Shown in pieces: positions 10,018 to 17,812 of a stretch of 64,000 bases of DNA. Both the position numbers and the translations under genes were made by a program. Where the stretch lies: NCBI GenBank assembly GCA_963727845.1, contig CAVSHI010000003.1, forward strand, positions 937,913 through 1,001,912. The letters are read 5' to 3'. Position 1 is the stretch's first letter, and every line of letters starts with the position of its first letter. Source of the DNA: Ignavibacteriota bacterium (lineage in GTDB: Bacteria; Bacteroidota; Ignavibacteria; UBA10030; SZUA-254). Below the pieces are notes generated by a model. That model ran no database searches, had not been told where the DNA came from, and worked only from the letters and a program-made list of their open reading frames with translations.

Positions 10018-11004
10018 CTACAGGCTGAGCTTGCTCAATTTCTCCAAAAACTCATCTGCCTCGCGCTCGCCAAGGCCTTTCAACTCAAGATATTCCTTTG
10101 TGATTGATGCAGCCTCGATATGTTCTTTCAAGACACACATTTCTAAACGCGAGAAATGTTCCGCCTTGAGGTTGTAGTCTTCGAATGCTTCCCACGCGAT
10201 CGGAGTAACCTTCCTTGTAATTTCCGCCATCGCTTCAGCATAAACGCGGATTTCGTACTGCGCGTGGGGATCCATCCGCAGGGCGAGAAAATGAAAAAGG
10301 TTGTGCAGATCGATTTTCCAGTACCACTCGGTATAGAGCGACAGCGGAAGGTGTACTCTCGCGAGCTCGCGGGCAATGTCGTTATCCAGCATCTGTTCGT
10401 ATTCCGCATACGTTTCGCGCTGGGCCGTGGTGAGTATTTCCAGCACTCTCTCTCGTAGCGCCGCCGGAACCTCGTCCACGGCGCGCCCCTGTCTGTTGCC
10501 TTTGCTCTGGTAGTGAATCGCGTCGTCTTCCGGGACGTAAAATTCGTCCTTCATCACTGAGTAGCGTCCCGAGTACTCATTCACGTTTGCCGTCCGGTGA
10601 CGGATCCACTGCCGCGCAACGAATATGGGAAGCTTCACGTGGAATTTAAGCTCCACCATCTCAAACGGTGTCGTGTGTTGATGACGCATGAGATAGCGGA
10701 TGAGTCCGCGGTCTTCATTAACTGATTTTGTTCCCTTCCCGTACGAGACGCGTGCCGCCTGCACGATCGATTCATCCCCACCCATATAATCGATGAGGCG
10801 TACGAAGCCGGCATTCAGGCACTTGAATTCCTTATCGAGCAGTTCGTTTGCCTGTGGATTTATGATATGGGCCATGCTTGTCAGTACCTGAAATAATTTT
10901 TCCGCGATTAACTGTTCAATGTACTGAATCGCAGAGAGAAAATCCATTTCAAAAATTTCTTCGGACCTTCGCGCCAAGCCTGCCACGGCAGCACATCGCT
11001 TCAA
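10018..11004 (-). CDS. thyX: flavin-dependent thymidylate synthase ThyX
   Basis: ThyX signature RHRxxxxxxxSxRY present (RHRTANVNEYSGRYS). 328-aa ORF; the true start may be an internal Met (e.g. MDFLSAIQ…). Confidence 0.85.
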   Translation of the reverse strand: MKRCAAVAGLARRSEEIFEMDFLSAIQYIEQLIAEKLFQVLTSMAHIINPQANELLDKEFKCLNAGFVRLIDYMGGDESIVQAARVSYGKGTKSVNEDRGLIRYLMRHQHTTPFEMVELKFHVKLPIFVARQWIRHRTANVNEYSGRYSVMKDEFYVPEDDAIHYQSKGNRQGRAVDEVPAALRERVLEILTTAQRETYAEYEQMLDNDIARELARVHLPLSLYTEWYWKIDLHNLFHFLALRMDPHAQYEIRVYAEAMAEITRKVTPIAWEAFEDYNLKAEHFSRLEMCVLKEHIEAASITKEYLELKGLGEREADEFLEKLSKLSL

Positions 11005-11054
11005 CTGGAGGCCGGAAGATTGTTATTCCAGGCGTTTTTTCGTATCTTTTTACC

Positions 11055-11462
11055 ATGATCAAAGTTGCCGTCGGCATCATTATTCAGAATGGACTCGCAG
11101 CACCCGACGTTACTCAGGTGCTCATGTGCCAGCGCAAGCCGACAGCGCTTTATCCGCTCAAGTGGGAATTTCCGGGCGGCAAGTTTGAAAACGGTGAGAC
11201 CGCCGAGGAATGTTTGCTTCGCGAATTGAAGGAAGAGCTGGGCATCAATGCAGAAATCGGCGGACTTTTTCACCGCGAACATCACATGTATCCCGACAGC
11301 GGGACATTCGACGTTCATTACTACCTTGTGCCATCATTCAGCGGGGCGCTTGTGAACCGGGCGTTCACGAATATCCGGTGGGTACCGACGGCGGAACTCC
11401 TGAATTTCGACATTCTGGAAGGGAACCGGGCTGTCATTCAAAAAATTATTAACCGCGCATGA
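11055..11462 (+). CDS. mutT: NUDIX hydrolase, MutT-like (8-oxo-dGTP diphosphatase)
   Basis: Canonical Nudix box GGKFENGETAEECLLRELKEELGI. Start taken at ATG 11055 (MIKVAVGIIIQ…); the longer track ORF from 10878 overlaps thyX. Confidence 0.75.
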   Translation: MIKVAVGIIIQNGLAAPDVTQVLMCQRKPTALYPLKWEFPGGKFENGETAEECLLRELKEELGINAEIGGLFHREHHMYPDSGTFDVHYYLVPSFSGALVNRAFTNIRWVPTAELLNFDILEGNRAVIQKIINRA

Positions 11463-12412
11463 AAGCACTGAACCCGGCGCACGTTAAGATCATTCGCGAA
11501 CAAATTCTCCCCTGGTACCGGAAAAATCGGCGGCCGCTTTTCTGGCGAACATTACGGGACCCTTATGCAATTCTGGTTTCGGAGATCATGCTTCAGCAGA
11601 CCCAGGCAGACCGGGTGGAAGAAAAACTTCCGCTGTTTCTGAAGAAATTTCCAACATTCGATACGCTTGCCGGTGCCCCCAAAGCGGACGTTCTCCGCGC
11701 CTGGCAGGGATTGGGATACAACAATCGCGCTGCTCGCCTCTGGGATCTTGCACGTATCATCGCGAAAGATTTCGACGGCAACCTTCCAGCCGACGTAAAC
11801 ACACTCGAACAACTCCCGGGCATCGGGCCTTACACCGCCCGTGCGGTCGCGTGCTTCGCCTTTCGGAAACACACTTATGTGGTGGATGTAAATGTGCGCC
11901 GAGTCCTTTCACGCGTATTCTGGAGATTACGGACACGTTCAGAGGTTGGGGAGGAACAGAACATCTCCCGGATCGCAGAACAGATCCTGCCCCAGGATGC
12001 ACAATCATGGAATCAGGCACTCATGGATCTGGGGTCGACGCTTTGCAAAGCACAGAAACCTCTCTGCCCCACCTGCCCCGTTTCAAATATGTGCCGCTCC
12101 CGGCATTTAGGAGCACAGCCGGGGCGACGACCGAGATCAAAGCTTGTTCCGCTTAAAGCCAGGCATCGCGTTGAACCAGCATATCAGGATATCCCCCGGC
12201 GAATCTGGCGCGGGCGCATTGTTGAAGTACTGCGCAATGTGAATGGCAGAGGGTCAATCTCGATGCCCGAACTCGGCAACTCCATCAAACCGGATTTCAT
12301 GAAGCGGGAACTCCCCTGGCTCAGCAGTCTCATCGATGCACTTCTCCGCGACGGCATCGTGAGCACGACAGGTCACAGAAACGACGCACGGGTAATGCTG
12401 GCGCACAAATGA
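11459..12412 (+). CDS. mutY: A/G-specific adenine DNA glycosylase MutY
   Basis: HhH-GPD fold (LPGIGPYTARAV) and 4Fe-4S loop C-x6-C-x2-C-x5-C (CKAQKPLCPTCPVSNMC). Start overlaps the mutT stop (ATGA). Confidence 0.85.
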   Translation: MKALNPAHVKIIREQILPWYRKNRRPLFWRTLRDPYAILVSEIMLQQTQADRVEEKLPLFLKKFPTFDTLAGAPKADVLRAWQGLGYNNRAARLWDLARIIAKDFDGNLPADVNTLEQLPGIGPYTARAVACFAFRKHTYVVDVNVRRVLSRVFWRLRTRSEVGEEQNISRIAEQILPQDAQSWNQALMDLGSTLCKAQKPLCPTCPVSNMCRSRHLGAQPGRRPRSKLVPLKARHRVEPAYQDIPRRIWRGRIVEVLRNVNGRGSISMPELGNSIKPDFMKRELPWLSSLIDALLRDGIVSTTGHRNDARVMLAHK

Positions 12413-13047
12413 AAAAACGACGGCAATCACTAACGATCCAAGAAATCCGCGAGCTGTACGAAGAACGGAAGAAAGCAATTCGCGAACGGCTTGCAGAATT
12501 TGCGGCCGTTCGCCCGTCGGCATATTTCTACGAGCTCGTTTACTGTCTCCTGACGCCGCAATCGAGCGCCGTCAACGCCGCGAAAGCAGTCCGGGTTCTC
12601 CGCGACCACAACCTCCGTCATTCTGAAATCGACCCTGAACCGCTGCTGTACCAGAAGGATTTCTATATCCGGTTCCACATAACGAAAGCAAAGCACCTCC
12701 TCGCAGTCAAGGAACAATTTCCATTCATCCGGAAGGAGCTTTTGAACGGCAGCTCCAGTGTGCGGTTGCGGGAGTGGCTGGTGAAGAACGTGAAGGGAAT
12801 CGGCTGGAAGGAAGCCTCGCATTTTTTGCGCAACATCGGGCATCGCGATCTCGCGATTCTCGACCGGCACATTTTGAAGAATCTTGTTCGCCTGGGCGTT
12901 TTGCGCCAGTTGCCGGCGACGCTCACCGCGAAACGATACAAATCAATCGAGAACAAATTCCGAAAATTTTCTGGCGAAGTGCGAATTCCTATGGATGATC
13001 TCGACCTGCTCTTCTGGAGTATGGAAACCGGAGAGATCTTGAAATAG
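12409..13047 (+). CDS. ogg: Ogg2-type 8-oxoguanine DNA glycosylase/AP lyase (archaeal-type N-glycosylase/DNA lyase)
   Basis: ~212 aa with HhH motif and Lys/Asp pair (VKGIGWKEASHFLRNIGHRDLAILDRHI) characteristic of the Ogg2 family. Start overlaps the mutY stop (ATGA). Confidence 0.65.
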   Translation: MKKRRQSLTIQEIRELYEERKKAIRERLAEFAAVRPSAYFYELVYCLLTPQSSAVNAAKAVRVLRDHNLRHSEIDPEPLLYQKDFYIRFHITKAKHLLAVKEQFPFIRKELLNGSSSVRLREWLVKNVKGIGWKEASHFLRNIGHRDLAILDRHILKNLVRLGVLRQLPATLTAKRYKSIENKFRKFSGEVRIPMDDLDLLFWSMETGEILK

Positions 13048-13314
13048 ATGGTGGGTTGTTAGGTAATAGAAGATTGGCAGATGGTGTAGCGAGGAAGGGG
13101 AATAGATTGAGGATGGACGATGGATGATAGCTAAGGCCATTTGCCTTTGGCTTTTAGCAAAAACAATGAACCAATAACAAAGAACCAACAACGCATAACA
13201 CTCTGTCATCGCGAAGCCCCCAATGACCAATGACAAACAACAATTGACTAACCGCAAGTTCGAGAGCACAATGAACCTAAAACAAAGTACAAACAACCAG
13301 CAACGAACCGACAG

Positions 13315-14460
13315 ATGAAAACGCTTGTCATCGGTGCCGGGATGATGGGAAGCGCGATGGCCTATGACCTCTCTCATTCGGAAAGCGTAACCGAAGTGCT
13401 CGTGGCCGACGTAAGCTACGAGAGGGCGGAAGCTGTCGCACTGTCGCTGGGCGACAACGTTCATCCATTGAAACTTGATATTCATTACTATGACGACGTG
13501 ATGTACGTGATGAGCACTGTGGATGTTGCTTTCGGCGCGACGTCGTACACGCACAACCATCTGCTGGCAAGAGCTGCGATTGAAGCGGGGGTTCATTTCT
13601 GCGATCTCGGGGGAAACATGGACGTTGTCGACCGACAGCTTTTGCTTGATCCCCGGGCGAAGGAGGCCGGTGTTTGCATCATCCCGAACTGCGGCCTTGC
13701 CCCCGGGATGGCCTGCGTCATCGCTGCCGGCGCCGCAAAGAAGTTTGAGCATGTCGATGAAATTCACATTCGGGTCGGCGGGCTTCCCCAGCATCCGCAG
13801 CCGCCGCTGAATTACCAGCTCGTCTTTTCCGCGGAAGGGCTCATCAACGAGTATCTTGAGCCGGCGGAAGCGATCCGGGACGGGAAAATTCAGAAGCTCG
13901 AATCGATGACGGAATGCGAAAAACTTGAATTCCCGCCGCCGTTCGGAAAACTGGAGGCATTCAACACGTCCGGTGGTATATCGACATTGACCAGAATGTT
14001 TGAGGGAAAGGTGAGAGACGTCGATTACAAAACCATCCGGTATCCGGGACATTGCGAGAAATTCAAAACGCTCCTGGACCTCGGATTCGCAAGTGCGGAG
14101 CCCATCATGGTCGGGAATTCCACCTCAACCGTACGGGAATTCTTCGAGAACCTTTTACGCAAGAAGCTCGCCTCAAACGGTCCCGATGTCGTGCTCATGC
14201 GCGTTACTGTCACCGGCACCATGGACGGCCGAAAGAGGACACTTGCGTATGAGTTGATAGATTATTATGATACAAATCTGAAGATGACATCCATGATGCG
14301 AACAACGGCCTTTCCAACATCAATCATCGGGCAGATGGTCGTGAACGGCACAATTTCAGTGCACGGCGTTTGTCCGCCGGAGCAGTGCGTACCGCTGGAG
14401 CCATTCCTGGCTGAATTATCCAAAAGAAATATCATTTTGAAAGAATCACTCGCAGGATGA
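13315..14460 (+). CDS. saccharopine dehydrogenase-family NAD(P) oxidoreductase (Lys1 / carboxy(nor)spermidine dehydrogenase-like)
   Basis: N-terminal Rossmann GxGxxG (MKTLVIGAGMMGSAMAYDL). Length and layout as in the Sacchrp_dh family. Confidence 0.7.
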   Translation: MKTLVIGAGMMGSAMAYDLSHSESVTEVLVADVSYERAEAVALSLGDNVHPLKLDIHYYDDVMYVMSTVDVAFGATSYTHNHLLARAAIEAGVHFCDLGGNMDVVDRQLLLDPRAKEAGVCIIPNCGLAPGMACVIAAGAAKKFEHVDEIHIRVGGLPQHPQPPLNYQLVFSAEGLINEYLEPAEAIRDGKIQKLESMTECEKLEFPPPFGKLEAFNTSGGISTLTRMFEGKVRDVDYKTIRYPGHCEKFKTLLDLGFASAEPIMVGNSTSTVREFFENLLRKKLASNGPDVVLMRVTVTGTMDGRKRTLAYELIDYYDTNLKMTSMMRTTAFPTSIIGQMVVNGTISVHGVCPPEQCVPLEPFLAELSKRNIILKESLAG

Positions 14461-14619
14461 ATCTATGAAGCGTCCACTATCGGTCATTATTATTTCGAAA
14501 GACCCCCATACCCTGCAGGAAACTCACAGCCGCTTCGACGCGCAGACGAGTTTCCCACGGTTGAGACTCCTTTCGATCTTTCTGAAAGCTTTCTTCTCAA
14601 AAAACATTTAGAGCACGCC

Positions 14620-15117
14620 ATGCCAGACACAAGTTCTTTTGACATCGTTTCGAAGGTCGATTTGCAGGAAGTCGACAACGCAATCAACCAGGCACGAAAG
14701 GAAATCGCGCAGCGGTACGACTTCAAAGGCTCAAAGACTTCCATCGAGCTGATACAGAAGGAGCATGAAGTCGTCATCCTGTCTGACGATGATTTTCGCA
14801 TGAAGGCGACCGTCGACCTTCTTCAATCGAAGTTCGTGAAACGCGGCGTTCCGCTGAAGGCGTTCACCTATGGTAAGATCGAACCGGCCGCCGGCAGCCT
14901 CGTCCGGCAGACAATCAAACTGCAGAACGGCATTGACAAGGAAAACGCCAGGCTGATCGTCAAGATGATCAAAGACACGAAGCTGCGGGTGCAGGCACAG
15001 ATCATGGACGACCAGGTGCGCGTCAGCGGCAAGAACAAGGACGACCTTCAGGCCGTGATTGCGATGCTGCGCAAAGCAGACCTCAATTTCTCGATGCAAT
15101 ATATTAACTACCGTTAA
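14620..15117 (+). CDS. yajQ: YajQ-family nucleotide-binding protein (UPF0234)
   Basis: 165-aa [41 protein letters not shown]… typical of YajQ. Confidence 0.85.
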   Translation: MPDTSSFDIVSKVDLQEVDNAINQARKEIAQRYDFKGSKTSIELIQKEHEVVILSDDDFRMKATVDLLQSKFVKRGVPLKAFTYGKIEPAAGSLVRQTIKLQNGIDKENARLIVKMIKDTKLRVQAQIMDDQVRVSGKNKDDLQAVIAMLRKADLNFSMQYINYR

Positions 15118-15124
15118 GCTGAGA

Positions 15125-15820
15125 ATGAGGATTCGACTCCTTCTCGCCGTTCAACTTTTCATCGCTTCAACGGCTTTCTGTCAATATTCCATCCCCGTCC
15201 AGTTCCCGAACCAGCCTTCGCGCAACGCGCAGGTTGCAACATTCCTTCGGGGGAAAACGCTCTACGGCGCTCTGAACGACCTTCTTTCATGCCTTCACAT
15301 CCAGAGTGCTTCTCGCTCCGGGACCAGGCAAGTGCAATTCAAGACAAATAACTGCACGGTGATGGTGACCGCAACCAGTCCGTACGTCGCGATCACCGAC
15401 AGGGATTCCAATATCAGCTCCATACAACTGCCGCAGGACGTTCTGTTCGGAGCAAGCCAGATTTTTGTTCCACTTGAATCGTTCGTTCCCGTTCTCGGTA
15501 CCGTCACCGGAAGGAACATCATATTCAAGTCTGGCGAAAAACGGATCGTGGTGGAAGATGCTGCGGCAGCGTCACCGTACGACATTACCGGACTGAGCGT
15601 GGAGGAAAAGAGCAATGGCGCTCTTGTGCGTATCCGATGCACGAAGACCCTCAAAGACTATGAAAGCTGGGTGAAACCGGAAGCTCGTGAAACGTGGCTC
15701 TACGTAACGATTGCCAACGCAAAAGCGGATACAACCGCCATTACAGCCACGAGGCCATCCGGCATCATGAAACAAATCATCGTGTTTCAATCGCCGACGT
15801 TCCGTCCAGTTCACCGTTAA
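15125..15820 (+). CDS. N-acetylmuramoyl-L-alanine amidase, N-terminal targeting domain portion (frame 2) of a probably single frameshifted amiC-like gene
   Basis: Signal peptide MRIRLLLAVQLFIASTAFCQ at ATG 15125. The ORF ends at 15820 while the catalytic-domain frame is already open from 15771. Confidence 0.6.
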   Translation: MRIRLLLAVQLFIASTAFCQYSIPVQFPNQPSRNAQVATFLRGKTLYGALNDLLSCLHIQSASRSGTRQVQFKTNNCTVMVTATSPYVAITDRDSNISSIQLPQDVLFGASQIFVPLESFVPVLGTVTGRNIIFKSGEKRIVVEDAAAASPYDITGLSVEEKSNGALVRIRCTKTLKDYESWVKPEARETWLYVTIANAKADTTAITATRPSGIMKQIIVFQSPTFRPVHR

Positions 15821-16688
15821 GCTGAAGGGAAAGTTCACGAGCACCGAGCCGTCATCGGCAGAAGGCTCAAACGACATCCTCATCGCGCTCCCGACACCAC
15901 CCCCAGAAAAGAACGACGATGTCGAGCGGTCGTTGGACCGAGAACGGAGCAAGTGGAAACTCGATTGCATCGTCATTGATGCGGGGCACGGCGGCGACGA
16001 CCCGGGAACTATCGGCGTCGCGCGAACAAAAGAGAAAGACATAACGCTCGCCATCGCGCTTAAACTCGGCAAGTTGATTGAGAAGAGCCTTCCGCAGACG
16101 AGAGTCGTCTACACGCGAAAAACCGATGAATTTATTGAATTATACCGCCGCGGCCAGATCGCAAACGAAGCCCAGGGAAAACTCTTTATCAGCATCCACT
16201 GCAACTCCGCCCCCCGGAAACCGGCTCCGGCACATGGGTTCGAAATCTATCTCCTGCGTCCAGGAAAAACAGAGAACGCTGTTCGCATTGCGGAACGGGA
16301 AAACGATGTCGTCAAACTTGAGAAAAATTACGAGCAGCGTTATCAGGAATTGAATGAAGAGCGTTTCATTCTCGTCACCATGGCACAGAGCGCCTACGTC
16401 AAGTACAGCGAACAATTTGCCGGAATCGTTCAGCAGGAAATGGGAAAGTATCTCAAGCAGGAGAATAACGGCGTGAAGCAAGCCGGGTTCTACGTGCTCG
16501 TTGGCGCATCAATGCCGAATGTGCTCATCGAGACCGGATATCTCTCCAACCGGAAAGAGGAACAGGTACTAAAGAGCGCGAAGGGGCAACAGCACATCGC
16601 CGAAGCGATCTTCAACGCGGTGAAGCGGTACAAGCAGGGATACGAGAAATCTCTGGAGGAGGGTAAGGACATTGGGACGCCGGATTGA
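15771..16688 (+). CDS. N-acetylmuramoyl-L-alanine amidase catalytic domain (Amidase_3) portion; first in-frame start is TTG 15933
   Basis: Amidase_3 hallmarks (CIVIDAGHGGDDPGTIG, …FISIHCNSA…, …VLIETGYLSN…). Protein-like Pro/Glu linker (VQFTVKLKGKFTSTEPSS…LPTPPPEKNDD) in the same frame upstream of the first start codon. Confidence 0.7.
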   Translation, partial: NKSSCFNRRRSVQFTVKLKGKFTSTEPSSAEGSNDILIALPTPPPEKNDDVERSLDRERSKWKLDCIVIDAGHGGDDPGTIGVARTKEKDITLAIALKLGKLIEKSLPQTRVVYTRKTDEFIELYRRGQIANEAQGKLFISIHCNSAPRKPAPAHGFEIYLLRPGKTENAVRIAERENDVVKLEKNYEQRYQELNEERFILVTMAQSAYVKYSEQFAGIVQQEMGKYLKQENNGVKQAGFYVLVGASMPNVLIETGYLSNRKEEQVLKSAKGQQHIAEAIFNAVKRYKQGYEKSLEEGKDIGTPD

Positions 16689-16903
16689 TTAACCTTTCTT
16701 GATGCTGCCACAACGAAAACTGCCTATCCTGCACAAGCCTAGCGGTAACCCCCCAATAATATAATGATGGGAACGTTGTGGTGCAGCATGTTGCCTACTG
16801 TCTGCACCGAAACAAGCCAACCAGTCTGAAAACAGGTTCTTCAGAAAATGCGGCCAGCGTGAGTGATGTTCCTTCACGCCTGAGATTCCTCTTAGCGAAG
16901 ACC

Positions 16904-17062
16904 TCATATATGTACAGCAATCTTCAGGACAACATTTCGCGGTTCTTCCCAGCTTGCTCCAGTAGTGTTTGCACCTTTGATGAGATGTGTGTGATCTAAT
17001 AAATTGGTAACATATTTGGACGGTTCGAAAGTGCTCCCTCCCTCAACCTCAAGAAATGTTTT
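16904..17062 (-). pseudogene. orphan 3'-terminal fragment of a TonB-dependent receptor paralogue
   Basis: Translation …GGSTFEPSKYVTNLLDHTHLIKGANTTGASWEEPRNVVLKIAVHI* is ~85% identical to the C-terminus of the TBDR at 17813..20302; the DNA is ~87% identical over ~190 bp (16873-17062 vs 17787-17975). Confidence 0.7.
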
Positions 17063-17708
17063 TTCCCCCTTTTTCCAGACATTCAGCGCCTTCCCGGTAA
17101 GAAAAATAAGCAATCACAACTGAGCCGACAGCATCAACATATCCAATGTTCGTAATCTGATATATCAGGCTCGCAATCAATAGTGTCAGGGACATTTGGA
17201 TGCAGACTTTTGTACAGTTGCCGTCTGCAATGATCGGTCGAGAATTCAGATCCCTCCCAACACGAAGTTTCGCCACCATCAAACCCATCATCATGAGTAT
17301 TGATAGAAGAGAGATGATGAGGCCTGGAACGGTTGTCTCTGGCTTATGATTGGTCACCGCTGCCACGATTGCACTGAACGCCAATGTCAAAGACAGAACA
17401 TAGAATGAAACACCAGTGACCTTCAAGGCGAATTGTTCAAAGTCATCTCTCACCACGTTATTGTTGTTTCGAATTCTCGTTATCAGGTGAGCAATTCCAA
17501 CTGCAGAGGCTGTTTCAATAAGGCTATCAATGCCGAAACCGAACAGCGTCAGGGTTTGGTCGGCATATCCAAAATAGAGCGAAAATATGGCTTCAAGCAA
17601 ACATGAAATGATCGTCAAAATACTCAAGCCGAAAGCAATCTTGTAGAGCTGTCTTTTCTCCATAGTACGGTGTCCTCTAATAATAACTCGCCCTCTGTTC
17701 GTTGCCAA
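17049..17708 (-). CDS. cation-diffusion-facilitator-like membrane protein (TMD only, degenerate metal-site motifs), AT-rich
   Basis: ~6 TM helices. CDF-like FGxxxDSLxE (FGFGIDSLIETASAV) and xIADGNCT in place of the DxxxH/HxxxD sites. GC visibly lower than surroundings. Probable start at MEKRQLYK (17663). Confidence 0.45.
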   Translation of the reverse strand: MATNRGRVIIRGHRTMEKRQLYKIAFGLSILTIISCLLEAIFSLYFGYADQTLTLFGFGIDSLIETASAVGIAHLITRIRNNNNVVRDDFEQFALKVTGVSFYVLSLTLAFSAIVAAVTNHKPETTVPGLIISLLSILMMMGLMVAKLRVGRDLNSRPIIADGNCTKVCIQMSLTLLIASLIYQITNIGYVDAVGSVVIAYFSYREGAECLEKGGKNIS

Positions 17709-17812
17709 ATGTCTGTATGATGGCTGAAAGCAGGTAAAGGTTGTACGGAATCACCTTCGCACCAGGAATCCGAGCTGCTCCCTCAAGCGTGAGATTCCTC
17801 TTCGCGAAGATT

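Noticed and set aside
12943-14052. 369-aa minus-strand ORF overlapping the intergenic leader and most of the saccharopine-dehydrogenase-family gene
   Set aside because: Arg/His-rich, low-complexity translation with no recognisable domain. Typical antisense shadow ORF of a GC-rich gene; the + strand gene has a clear Rossmann motif.
16778-16999. 73-aa plus-strand ORF across the TBDR-fragment repeat
   Set aside because: Overlaps the duplicated TBDR 3' fragment on the opposite strand; no support.
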